This document shows positions 24,948 to 32,772 of a stretch of DNA of 32,772 nt, piece after piece. Position 1 is the stretch's first letter; each line of letters starts with the position of its first letter. The position numbers and the translations under genes are program-made. Origin of the DNA: an uncultured Bacillota bacterium (GTDB taxonomy: Bacteria > Bacillota > Clostridia > Christensenellales > UBA1242). The notes below the pieces were generated by a model. The model was not told the DNA's origin and searched no databases. It saw only the letters and a list, made by a program, of their open reading frames with translations. The stretch covers positions 1 through 32,772 of the forward strand of contig CAMUGK010000002.1 in NCBI GenBank assembly GCA_947088415.1, given 5' to 3'.

Positions 24948-26147
24948 TTAAATACCTTTAACACCTTCAATGCGAGTTATGAGATATTTAGGGTTGTCTG
25001 TTGCAAAAGCAATAGTATTTGTTGTTGTGTCAAAAGTGTAAGTAAAGCCACGGCTTATAGCAACGCGTTTTTGTGAATAATATAAAATTCCTTTAAGATA
25101 ATGCACAGTTTTTCCATTTGTGGAAAGTGAACTCATTACAAAATCATTTTTTGGTCGGTTGGCAGTTGGCAATTCTATAAAAGAATAAAGGCTGTTTAGG
25201 GTGGCAAATATGCGAATATAGTCATATTCACTATCTGTCCAATACACATTATTACCAGTAGGAATGCCAGTAGTAAAGCCTTTGTTGATTGCTTCATCTG
25301 TGCTTTTCATGTCGTAGATAACTTCAATTGCTCTTCCTCCGCCAGAAGAAGGTCTATTTTCGACAGCACTAACTCTTGAAGCCAAACTTTCAATATTTAA
25401 TTTGTTGTTTCTAATGCTTTCGGTATGGTCTTGCAAATCTGCCGCCTGAAGTTGAATTTGTGAATGGTTGTCACTTATGTCATAAGTCATGTTGGTAAGT
25501 TTTGTTTGATATGCTGAAAGGGTGTTGTTTATTGAGCCAACCGAAGTGCTTAAAGAAGAAACATTGCCTTTTATAATAGTTATTTCGTCGGCATTTGCTT
25601 TAATCCTGTCGTCAAACCCATTAATTGCAGTGTTCAAAAAGGCGATATCTTCTTCATGTTTGACCGCTTTGTTTGAAATAGTTGAAATATTGGTTTCGTT
25701 TGTTTCAACCTTTTGAGAAAGTGCTGAAATGTTGGCTTGATTAGAATTTGTTTTATTTGAAATGGTAGAAATATCACTTTCATTTTTGCTAACTTTTGTT
25801 GTCAAGTTTGAAATGTTGTTTTCACTGTTTTCGACTTTTTCAGATAAAGATGTTATATTGTTTTGATTTGTTTCCACCTTACCAGAAAGGGTTTGCAAAT
25901 TCTCGTTTAATGTTGAAGACTCACTTTCAACCGAGTTTAAGTTGGTTTTTATTGTTTGAATTTCGCTTTCAAGACTCTCAACTTTATTTTGACAATCGGT
26001 TATTTTCTTTTCAAGTTCTTGAAGTTGACCTTTATTTCCACCACCTAAAATTTCATCTTTTAAACTTGGCAATGTATGCTTAATCAAATACCAAAGTTCC
26101 TTTTCTAATTTAGATAGTTTTTCTTGCAATTCTTCTTGCGTGTTCAT
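24948..26147 (-). CDS. Coiled-coil protein with 14-residue repeats and a globular C-terminal domain (phage tail-fibre-like)
   Basis: Repeats LSGKVETNQNNITS, LSEKVENSENNISN, LTTKVSKNESDIST, ISNKTNSNQANISA and LSQKVETNETNIST. An SSGGG hinge and a C-terminal domain of about 130 aa follow. No signal peptide. AGGAGG RBS. Confidence 0.6.
   Translation of the reverse strand: MNTQEELQEKLSKLEKELWYLIKHTLPSLKDEILGGGNKGQLQELEKKITDCQNKVESLESEIQTIKTNLNSVESESSTLNENLQTLSGKVETNQNNITSLSEKVENSENNISNLTTKVSKNESDISTISNKTNSNQANISALSQKVETNETNISTISNKAVKHEEDIAFLNTAINGFDDRIKANADEITIIKGNVSSLSTSVGSINNTLSAYQTKLTNMTYDISDNHSQIQLQAADLQDHTESIRNNKLNIESLASRVSAVENRPSSGGGRAIEVIYDMKSTDEAINKGFTTGIPTGNNVYWTDSEYDYIRIFATLNSLYSFIELPTANRPKNDFVMSSLSTNGKTVHYLKGILYYSQKRVAISRGFTYTFDTTTNTIAFATDNPKYLITRIEGVKGI
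25638..25889. repeat. 42-nt periodic tandem repeats encoding the 14-residue units
   Basis: On the plus strand, TGAAAT(A/G)TTG recurs every 42 nt. Confidence 0.6.
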
Positions 26148-26224
26148 AATTCCTCCTTAGACAAAAGAATAAAGCATAGACTATCTAATTGCAATCTTTA
26201 CTGCCAAAAATTAAAAAAATCAGC

Positions 26225-26863
26225 CTAAACTGATTTCTTTTTCTTTTTTGTTTTTTTCATGAACAACAACAATAAAATAATTGTCACGCAAGATGCGGCT
26301 ACAACAATTCCAGTTATAACACCTGCGTTAATTCCGTATGGAGATAACTCTTGTGTCTTAATATAACCATAAATCAACTTTCCATTTTCTCCAACAAAAC
26401 AAACTGCAGTCATATCATTTTGTTTGTTGTATCCTTGATATAGATAAAGCTCCTTGCCTTTATTTAATTTAGCAATAATTTTTGTTTGGTCAAGGTCATA
26501 GACCTGACAGCCATCAATTTCAACACTTGCATTGAATACTGGATAAACCTCTTGCGACAAAATGTTAAATGTGATATATCTTGCATAAACATATCCTTGC
26601 ATTTCTTTATATTCAACTTTAATAAAATTATCATTTTCTTCTTCAAGCACTTTCAACTTTTCGCCATGAGCAATTGTGACAGGCTCATTGTTTTGATTTA
26701 AAATAGGCTTTTCAAAATTGCCTTCTTCAAAAAGTTTAACTTCGTTTGCAATGACCATAACTTCGCCAAGGTCAGCAAAAACATAACCGCTATTAAATTG
26801 TAGTGGCAAAAATATTGCAAAGCACATTAACAAGCACAAAACCCCGATAAAAATTTTTCTCAT
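26225..26863 (-). CDS. Secreted protein with SH3b-like domains, a C-terminal TM anchor and a poly-Lys tail
   Basis: Signal peptide MRKIFIGVLCLLMCFAIF. GYVYARYI and GYIKTQEL are SH3b-like strands. C-terminal ITGIVVAASCVTIILLLLFMKKTKKKKK. Confidence 0.55.
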   Translation of the reverse strand: MRKIFIGVLCLLMCFAIFLPLQFNSGYVFADLGEVMVIANEVKLFEEGNFEKPILNQNNEPVTIAHGEKLKVLEEENDNFIKVEYKEMQGYVYARYITFNILSQEVYPVFNASVEIDGCQVYDLDQTKIIAKLNKGKELYLYQGYNKQNDMTAVCFVGENGKLIYGYIKTQELSPYGINAGVITGIVVAASCVTIILLLLFMKKTKKKKKSV

Positions 26864-27040
26864 GACAAAATATTATCATAAAACCTTATTTCTAGTCAAA
26901 TAGTTTAATTAAAAAGCAACTTGCACCTAATGCTGAAAACTTTAAATATTAACTTGGTAAAAGGTTGCCTTGAACATTAAAGTTTAATAATGAATTGAAT
27001 AATATTTTTCTTTTTACACACACTAACAGCGGGAGGAAAT

Positions 27041-27556
27041 ATGAAAGGTAAATTATTAACTAAGATTGGAGCAATAGGCATTTGTGCTTTATCGGCTGTA
27101 GGGTTTGTAGGGTGTGGCAATACGGAACTTGTAACTTTTGGTCAATATAGTGGCACTTATGACAATAACAACTATTCGGTTGCGTCATCAACTTGGGAAA
27201 AGCAAACTGACCAAGAAGGTTTTAACGGTGTATGGAAACTTGTAGGTCAAGTGAAGTATGACGACAATACTGGTAAGGCGTTGTATTATGGCGATGCCGA
27301 CACTAAACACTATGTTGCAATCACAGTTGTGCCAGAAGCAGGCGTAACACCTGAAAATTCAACATATTTTGTAAATTCAAATCAACTTAAACCATTTGAA
27401 AATGGAAATGATAATTCATTTACATTAATTAAATCGGTTAGTGAACAAAGTGGCGACTTTACTCTTACAATCAACTGGAATAGTGAAAAGCAAGTTAAGT
27501 ATAAGTTTATTTTAGACCAAACTGCATTCACATTAGAGTCTGCTCCACAAGCCTAA
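27041..27556 (+). CDS. Lipoprotein (171 aa)
   Basis: Signal peptide with lipobox FVGC|G. GGGAGG RBS. A palindromic terminator follows. Confidence 0.7.
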   Translation: MKGKLLTKIGAIGICALSAVGFVGCGNTELVTFGQYSGTYDNNNYSVASSTWEKQTDQEGFNGVWKLVGQVKYDDNTGKALYYGDADTKHYVAITVVPEAGVTPENSTYFVNSNQLKPFENGNDNSFTLIKSVSEQSGDFTLTINWNSEKQVKYKFILDQTAFTLESAPQA

Positions 27557-27557
27557 T

Positions 27558-27585
27558 AAAAAATCTAGCATATGCTAGATTTTTT
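27558..27585. terminator. Palindromic terminator
   Basis: AAAAAATCTAGCA-TA-TGCTAGATTTTTT. Confidence 0.6.
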
Positions 27586-27805
27586 AAAATTCTTTTTCAG
27601 GACTTCAACATTTCTATTAAATATTTCTGAAGAGATTGTATAATCCTTTTTAGGGAAATAAACCCAATGCCCTTTGCCAAAAGTTTTAAGTTTATCAAGT
27701 TGGTTTTGCATAGATAAAATTTAGCATACAATAGGCTTATTGTCAATAGTAAAATTACTTAACTTTTTAAATTTATTGTGCTAAAATTAAATACAAGGAG
27801 ATAAT

Positions 27806-28387
27806 ATGATTACACGCAAAGAAGTTCGACAAAAAGAAAAAGAACTTAAAAAAGAAGATAAGATAATTTATGATGAAGAAGGCAGGGCAGTAGTAAACTT
27901 AAATGTGCTTGACGATAGCGATTTTCTATCTCCATATGGAGAAGATAACGATGTTTTGATAAGCAGTGAAACGGCTTCATTTATTGAAAACAGCACAAAG
28001 TCTATTCATCATCGCAAAAATTTAACGTTGGTTTTAAATAGTAATGTCATTGACGATAAAGAAAAGGTGGTTTTTGAAAAAGGTATTAAAAATTATTATG
28101 AAAATACTTTTTTGGAAGTTAAACGAGACCTTAAAAACAATCTTTTAATTACACTTTTACTTACATTGGCAGGGCTGGTTTGGTTTGGTGCAATCATTGG
28201 TATTGCTTATAAATTTGATTTTGACCTTGTTATAGAAATGATTTCAATCGCAGGCTGGGTGTTTTTGTGGGAGGCTGTGGATTTGTTTTTCTTTCAACGC
28301 CCAAAACTAAAAACGCAACAACTAAGAGCATATGCATTGATGAATGCAAAGATTGTATTTAAAGAAATAAAAAAGCAGGATAGTTAA
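27806..28387 (+). CDS. Membrane protein with two C-terminal TM helices (193 aa)
   Basis: AAGGAG RBS. TM segments LLITLLLTLAGLVWFGAIIGIAY and MISIAGWVFLWEAVDLFFF. Terminator AAGCAGG…CCTGCTT. Confidence 0.55.
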   Translation: MITRKEVRQKEKELKKEDKIIYDEEGRAVVNLNVLDDSDFLSPYGEDNDVLISSETASFIENSTKSIHHRKNLTLVLNSNVIDDKEKVVFEKGIKNYYENTFLEVKRDLKNNLLITLLLTLAGLVWFGAIIGIAYKFDFDLVIEMISIAGWVFLWEAVDLFFFQRPKLKTQQLRAYALMNAKIVFKEIKKQDS

Positions 28388-28416
28388 CCTGCTTTTTATT
28401 TCCAAAGAATTTGCCT

Positions 28417-28572
28417 ATAAAGGTGAATAAAATATGATGTAACTTTCAAATACGCTCAATAGATAATCGTGCAACATTTGGTTTCTCGCCAAGCATTAGG
28501 CTTGTTTCAGGGTGAATTAAATATAATATGAATTTTAAATACACTCAATAGACACTCGTGCAACATCTGGTT
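28417..28572. repeat. Two copies of a unit of about 66 nt, immediately downstream of the ABC gene
   Basis: Units at 28417-28483 and 28508-28572. The 36-nt cores at 28448-28483 and 28537-28572 differ at 4 positions. Confidence 0.6.
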
Positions 28573-28574
28573 GC

Positions 28575-30398
28575 CTAGATGTTTTCGGCAAGGAACATGG
28601 CTTTAAACTTGTCATTGCGTTCAAACAACTCATCAAAAGTTCCGCTGTCTGCAATCTTTCCTTCGTCAAGAAAGAAAATCTTGTCCACATTCTTAATTGT
28701 CGAGAGTCTGTGCGCAACAATAACAATCGTGCTTTTTCCCTTAAGCCCGTCAATACTTTTTTTGACTTCTTCTTGTGCAAAATTGTCTAGCGAACTTGTG
28801 CTTTCGTCAAATATTATGATAGGGGAATTGCGAAGCATAGCGCGTGCAATGGCAAGACGTTGCTTTTGTCCACCAGAAAGTTTTATTCCGCTTTCTCCAA
28901 CCTTGGTGTCTATGCCTTGTGGTAAGCTGGAGATGAAATCTTCTAAAGAAGCTTTTTTGATTGCATCAGCCAATTCTTTGTCACTTGCGTCGCCTTTGGC
29001 TAAGAGGAGATTCTCTTTGATAGACATGTCAAATATGTATGGAAATTGATTGACAAGCGAAATAGTTTTTCTTATTGTTTCTTTGCTTAAATCGTTGATG
29101 TTGACCTTGTCAATCAAAACCTTTCCACTGTCAACTTCATACATTTTGGACATAAGATTGAGTATTGTAGACTTTCCACTTCCACTTTTGCCTACAAAAG
29201 CGACAGTTGTGTTAGGCGTAATCTCAAATGAAAGCCTGTCGAAGATTTTGTTCTCGCTGACAATCTTTTTGCTTGAAATCCCCCCCCCGCACTTTTTCTT
29301 TTGTAATTTTTTAAGTTCGCTTAATGAATTGATTTCTGGAAATTCATATTCCTTAAAAGTGTATGATACCTTGTCAAACTTGATATGCCCTTTAACGTTT
29401 TTAAATTCTTTTTGACCAAATTTTTCGGTTACAAACTCGTCTTCGTCAAAAAGTGAAAACATACGCCTGTGTGAAACTTTAATATCTACAATAGTGTTTG
29501 AAATTTGACCAACCCCAAAAATTAAATCCCAAAGTGAACCACGATTTGAATAGATAATCATATAGGTTGCAATGGTCATTGTTCCAAGGTCCATAAGATA
29601 AATGCCAAGAAGCAAAACTAAAAGCGTTCCAATGTTGACAATAAAGTTTCTAAGCGACCAAAAATTTGTGTCAGTCATATCCATTTTGTATCTTGAAGTT
29701 CGATAATCTTCATACTTTTGCTTAGAAACTTGGGCAAGTTGACTTTCAAGACCAAGAGATTTAATGTCTTTTTCACTGCGAACAATCTCGGTTGTAAGCG
29801 AGTGAACTTTGTCGTTTTTGCGTCTAACTACAAATCTATTTTTTCTTCGAACTTTAAGTCTAAAATATTCCAATACAAATCCGATAATAAATAATCCAAA
29901 GAAACATAGCGAAGCCCAAATGTTAAGAGTTGCAACATAGATGAACATAACAAGTGCAGTAGCAACATTCATAAGTGTGTCAACAAGCCCAGATAATTGG
30001 TCAATAATTCTTGCAGGGTCTTCAACAATACGTTGAACAAAAGTGCCTGTGTCATGGTCGTTGTAAGTTTTAGAGTTTAATTTGAATGCCTGCTTTGCAA
30101 GGTCAAGGCTGAGTTCCGACATTATTCTATTGGAATATTTGTAATATATTCTGTTAATTAAATACCAACATAATTTTTGAAATACTGCAAGTCCTATACC
30201 AAATAAAGCATAGGTAAATGCTTTTTGAAATTCAGGGTTTTCTGCTGTTAAAAATGCAATAGTTTCGGCAAATATGATTGTTAAAAAGATATCTGCAATG
30301 CAGCCAAGTGCATAGAGAAATATGTAAGCAAAAATCCAAAATTTATAATTCTTTAGATATAAACCTATATTAGGTTTTTTAACTTTATTTTTTGTCAT
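28575..30398 (-). CDS. ABC exporter, fused permease and ATPase (MsbA/MdlB-like)
   Basis: The ATG at 30398 has GGAGG 5 nt upstream. Six hydrophobic segments. Walker A GKSGSGKST, signature LSGGQKQR, Walker B IIIFDESTS. Confidence 0.85.
   Translation of the reverse strand: MTKNKVKKPNIGLYLKNYKFWIFAYIFLYALGCIADIFLTIIFAETIAFLTAENPEFQKAFTYALFGIGLAVFQKLCWYLINRIYYKYSNRIMSELSLDLAKQAFKLNSKTYNDHDTGTFVQRIVEDPARIIDQLSGLVDTLMNVATALVMFIYVATLNIWASLCFFGLFIIGFVLEYFRLKVRRKNRFVVRRKNDKVHSLTTEIVRSEKDIKSLGLESQLAQVSKQKYEDYRTSRYKMDMTDTNFWSLRNFIVNIGTLLVLLLGIYLMDLGTMTIATYMIIYSNRGSLWDLIFGVGQISNTIVDIKVSHRRMFSLFDEDEFVTEKFGQKEFKNVKGHIKFDKVSYTFKEYEFPEINSLSELKKLQKKKCGGGISSKKIVSENKIFDRLSFEITPNTTVAFVGKSGSGKSTILNLMSKMYEVDSGKVLIDKVNINDLSKETIRKTISLVNQFPYIFDMSIKENLLLAKGDASDKELADAIKKASLEDFISSLPQGIDTKVGESGIKLSGGQKQRLAIARAMLRNSPIIIFDESTSSLDNFAQEEVKKSIDGLKGKSTIVIVAHRLSTIKNVDKIFFLDEGKIADSGTFDELFERNDKFKAMFLAENI
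29280..29288. repeat. C9 homopolymer (G9 on the coding strand) inside the ABC gene
   Basis: Encodes the GGG of KKCGGGISSKK. This lies in an apparent insert between the TMD and the NBD. Confidence 0.8.
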
Positions 30399-30445
30399 AA
30401 AAACCTCCATTAATGTATTTTCAATCCGCTGTTATCAATTATAGC

Positions 30446-30454
30446 GGGGGGGGG
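30446..30454. repeat. G9 homopolymer (C9 on the ABC coding strand) in the ABC promoter region
   Basis: On the minus strand the sequence reads TTGA-C9-GC-TATAAT. The -10 box is at 30438-30443. Confidence 0.8.
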
Positions 30455-30777
30455 TCAAGCAATTTTTAAAAATAATTTTTTTACTAACTTTCAAAATCCA
30501 TAAAACAACATAACGAAGGCTTGTAAATATTAATTATCTTAAGAAGCCATTCGCTATTAATTGTTGTCCTTCATAAACAGTTTTTATTACCACTGCTCAC
30601 GGCTCCTCCTTTTGTAAAATTTGTTTATCTAAAAAGGCATTAAGAAATATATCACTAAAATTTAACTTTGTCAAGATATTTTTGCAAAGAAAACTGGTTG
30701 TCAAAACAAACTTATCATTCATCATTAATTATTTTTTAAAAGATGCATTGTTATTTCAACAATGCATCTTGACTGAT

Positions 30778-30798
30778 TTCCCCAGTAGGGCTCAAACC
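30778..30798 (-). pseudogene. Fragment resembling the 3' end of tRNA-Asn
   Basis: TTCCCCAGTAGGGCTCAAACC versus TCCCCCAGTAGGACTCGAACC at 30900-30920 (18 of 21). An 11-bp hairpin follows at 30739-30770. Confidence 0.45.
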
Positions 30799-30872
30799 AA
30801 TCAGACAAATAAAAAGCGGTCGAAGAAGTGCTTGTGCTTTTTGGTTGTCAACAGGTTTTTATAAAAACAAAA

Positions 30873-30893
30873 AACCTTGACAAAGTCAAGGTT
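30873..30893 (-). terminator. Terminator of tRNA-Asn
   Basis: AACCTTGAC-aaa-GTCAAGGTT, followed by a T-run on the minus strand. Confidence 0.65.
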
Positions 30894-30896
30894 TGA

Positions 30897-30972
30897 TGGC
30901 TCCCCCAGTAGGACTCGAACCTACGACAACTCGGTTAACAGCCGAGTGCTCTACCGACTGAGCTATAGGGGA
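30897..30972 (-). tRNA. tRNA-Asn (anticodon GUU), 76 nt with CCA
   Basis: The reverse complement reads TCCCCTA TA GCTC AGTCGGTA GAGC A CTCGG CTGTTAA CCGAG TTGTC GTAGG TTCGAGT CCTAC TGGGGGA G CCA. Confidence 0.9.
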
Positions 30973-31060
30973 ATAAGAGGGAATGCACTTATCGTGCAAG
31001 GGTATAATAACAAATTTTTATATTATTGTCAATAAATTATGCAAAAAAATTTAGAAAAAT

Positions 31061-31089
31061 TTGAAAAATTTTTATTTTTATTGTATAAT
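31061..31089 (+). promoter_or_regulatory. Near-consensus sigma-A promoter
   Basis: TTGAAA (31061-31066), a 17-nt spacer, and TATAAT (31084-31089) with TG immediately upstream. Confidence 0.5.
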
Positions 31090-31096
31090 GCTTTTA

Positions 31097-31240
31097 ATGA
31101 AAGAGAAAATTTATAAAATTTTAGGCATTGTTTTTATTATTTTACTGATTGTTGCTGTTATTGTGACAAGCATTATTATTTCAAACAAAAAAGAAGGGCT
31201 TGATAAAATTCCAGACGCCAGTCACACAGAACTATTGTGA
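31097..31240 (+). CDS. Possible 47-aa single-TM protein, apparently leaderless
   Basis: Reads MKEKIYKILGIVFIILLIVAVIVTSIIISNKKEGLDKIPDASHTELL. The ATG lies 7-8 nt after the -10 box and no RBS is possible. Confidence 0.35.
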   Translation: MKEKIYKILGIVFIILLIVAVIVTSIIISNKKEGLDKIPDASHTELL

Positions 31241-31246
31241 TAGAGT

Positions 31247-31573
31247 TTATTGATTGTTAGTTTTTTCTTTTACTTTTTTAAAAGTAGTTTTTTTATATAG
31301 AGTTTTTGCTAAAAATCGTTCAAGCATTAATGCAAAAAAGAAAGTGGCAAAAATATAAATTCTAAACCTGCCAAAATTTGTTATTAGGTTTATATAGAAT
31401 AACAAAATTCCAGAAAGCAGGCTTGCTAGACCATAAAAAATCTGCCTAACGATTTTGTTGTTTTTGCAAAAGATTAACAAAAAATTACAGATGTCAAAAA
31501 ACAAGCCAGAACAAAGTCCTGTTGCAAAGATTGCTAAAAAAACGAATGCTTGATTTAACGTTGGGTAAAGCAT
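31247..31573 (-). CDS. yabQ: YabQ-like spore cortex biosynthesis membrane protein
   Basis: Small three-TM protein that starts immediately after yabP. This is the conserved yabP-yabQ arrangement. Confidence 0.55.
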   Translation of the reverse strand: MLYPTLNQAFVFLAIFATGLCSGLFFDICNFLLIFCKNNKIVRQIFYGLASLLSGILLFYINLITNFGRFRIYIFATFFFALMLERFLAKTLYKKTTFKKVKEKTNNQ

Positions 31574-31825
31574 TTATTTGAAAAGCCTTTTTAAAAATGG
31601 AACTTTAGCAGATTGATTTGAAAGTTTAACATTTGTAACCTTGCCAAAAAAACTAACGTCATTGTTTTCAAGGTCAAGTTTTCGCACTTCCAATTGGTTT
31701 CCAGAAATTATTATCGTATTTTCCTTAGTTTCAACTACTGCTTGAGTAGGTGTTGAAGAAACAACCTTTGTTGCTCCAAGAATAGTAATTCCAGATGAAT
31801 TTTCAATAGTGATAAGTTCGTTCAT
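31574..31825 (-). CDS. yabP: Sporulation protein YabP
   Basis: ITILGATKVVSSTPTQAVVETKENTIIISGNQLEVRKLDLENNDVSFFGKVTNVKL matches the YabP pattern. AGGAG RBS. Confidence 0.7.
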   Translation of the reverse strand: MNELITIENSSGITILGATKVVSSTPTQAVVETKENTIIISGNQLEVRKLDLENNDVSFFGKVTNVKLSNQSAKVPFLKRLFK

Positions 31826-31912
31826 AATATTCTCCTATAAAATTTTATTAAACAAAACTTATGAATATGAAAAATTATTGATAAAAATATATTTTTATGT
31901 TATACTTTGGGT

Positions 31913-32734
31913 ATGGAAAAATTAACTTTTATAAATGCTCGCCAAGAGAAACTTGCAGATGTTCTTTGCAAGAAAGGTTTTTCATATAATTATGTTTGCA
32001 AGCTTTTGCGAAATAAAGATGTTAAAGTTGACGATATTCGCATAAAAGACAACATTTTAGTTGAAAAAGGCAGTCAGGTTGTTGTTTTTTATGAAAATGA
32101 CGCTTTAAGCAAAGGTTTTGACATTGTATTTGAAGACGAAAATATTATTGTCCTTGACAAGAAAACTGGAATTGAAGTTGAAGGAATTGACGGGCTTGAA
32201 GGTAAGATTGCAGGTGCAATGGCTGTGCATAGATTAGACCGCAACACCGAAGGGCTTATGGTTATGGCAAAGAATAAAGAAGCCAAAGAAAATTTACTTT
32301 CTGCTTTCAAAAATCATTCAATAACCAAAAAATATATTGCCGAAGTTGTGGGTGCAACTAATTTTAAGGGCGAAGTTTATAAGGCGTTTCTAGGCAAAGA
32401 CGCCGAAAATTCACAGGTGCGAATTTTTGCTAACGCTGGCAGGGGCAGAGAAGAAATTAAAACTGGCTTTAAGACTATAAAATCTAATGCTACAAGCAGT
32501 CTTGTTGAGTGCGATTTATTGACAGGCAAAACTCATCAAATTCGTGCACATCTTGCATATCTCGGTCACGCAATTATTGGCGATGGAAAATATGGAAAGA
32601 ATGAAGACAATAAAAAGTTTAAGAAAAAAACGCAACAACTTTATTGCACATATTTAAAATTAGACGGACTTTATGGAAAGCTTGAATATTTAAATAAAAA
32701 AATATTTACTAAAAAACCAGAATGGTTAAAATAA
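31913..32734 (+). CDS. RluA-family pseudouridine synthase with an N-terminal S4-like domain
   Basis: HRLDRNTEGL (HRLDxxTxG motif) and GKTHQIRAHLA. A promoter TTGATA, 17 nt, TATACT (31878-31906) places the predicted transcription start at the ATG at 31913. Confidence 0.8.
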   Translation: MEKLTFINARQEKLADVLCKKGFSYNYVCKLLRNKDVKVDDIRIKDNILVEKGSQVVVFYENDALSKGFDIVFEDENIIVLDKKTGIEVEGIDGLEGKIAGAMAVHRLDRNTEGLMVMAKNKEAKENLLSAFKNHSITKKYIAEVVGATNFKGEVYKAFLGKDAENSQVRIFANAGRGREEIKTGFKTIKSNATSSLVECDLLTGKTHQIRAHLAYLGHAIIGDGKYGKNEDNKKFKKKTQQLYCTYLKLDGLYGKLEYLNKKIFTKKPEWLK

Positions 32735-32772
32735 TTAAAAAATAATAATTTAATAAAAAAATATTTATAAAT

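Noticed and set aside
27587-27710. 48-aa minus-strand ORF (MQNQLDKLKTFGKGHWVYFPKKDY…)
   Set aside because: It has no RBS and runs into the palindromic terminator. It may be a gene fragment, but I cannot support a call.
28448-28572. 36-nt repeats as a CRISPR array
   Set aside because: Only two copies are present and the similarity extends into the supposed spacer. There are no cas genes in the window.
28579-29415. Plus-strand ORFs of 156 aa and 121 aa
   Set aside because: They are antisense shadows inside the well-supported ABC transporter gene. They have low-complexity Ser/Leu-rich translations and no RBS.
30438-30460. TTGACC plus TATAAT as a promoter whose spacer is the C9 tract
   Set aside because: The spacer would be only about 9 nt, far from the 16-18 nt needed. 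I therefore claim only that the tract abuts the -10 box.

Overview
No database search was run. Family names come from motifs I could read in the translations, and boundaries come from repeats I aligned by eye.

The window is a visibly AT-rich chromosomal segment from an endospore-forming Firmicute, since cwlD-, yabP- and yabQ-like genes are present.

**Left half (1-16.4 kb): two tandem integrative elements.** Both sit in the anticodon loop of a minus-strand tRNA-Arg(CCU) gene.
- The 9-bp core CTTAGGAGG occurs three times: at 8836, 16199 and 16380.
- It is flanked by an orphan tRNA 3' half, by an intact tRNA-Arg(CCU), and by an orphan tRNA 5' half, respectively.
- Element 1 is cut by the left edge of the window. 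It carries an AlpA-like HTH, a primase/P-loop fusion, excisionase and integrase, and a 1296-aa NACHT/STAND NTPase as cargo.
- Element 2 (about 7.5 kb) carries an HUH Rep, a 2-TM protein, an XRE-controlled three-gene operon of unknown function, excisionase and integrase, a HEPN (AbiU2-like) gene and its own complete tRNA-Arg(CCU).

**Right half (16.4-32.8 kb).**
- Small XRE and membrane-protein modules and a SUKH-like gene.
- cwlD, followed by a block of about 3.5 kb that ends at a diverged relic of the cwlD 5' end.
- The block holds a DUF4417-like gene, an HNH-like gene, and two diverged small-protein/CPCC-protein cassettes. The cassettes share an identical 31-nt leader, and the second cassette is frameshifted at A-runs.
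- A lone tail-fibre-like protein with a 14-residue repeat, an SH3b protein and a lipoprotein.
- An ABC exporter with two 9-nt G:C homopolymers, tRNA-Asn, yabP, yabQ and an RluA-type pseudouridine synthase.

**Best candidates for an undescribed system.**
- The XRE-controlled operon at 11466-12944.
- The DUF4417/HNH/cassette block at 20995-24268.
- The NACHT protein with an uncharacterised N-terminal domain.
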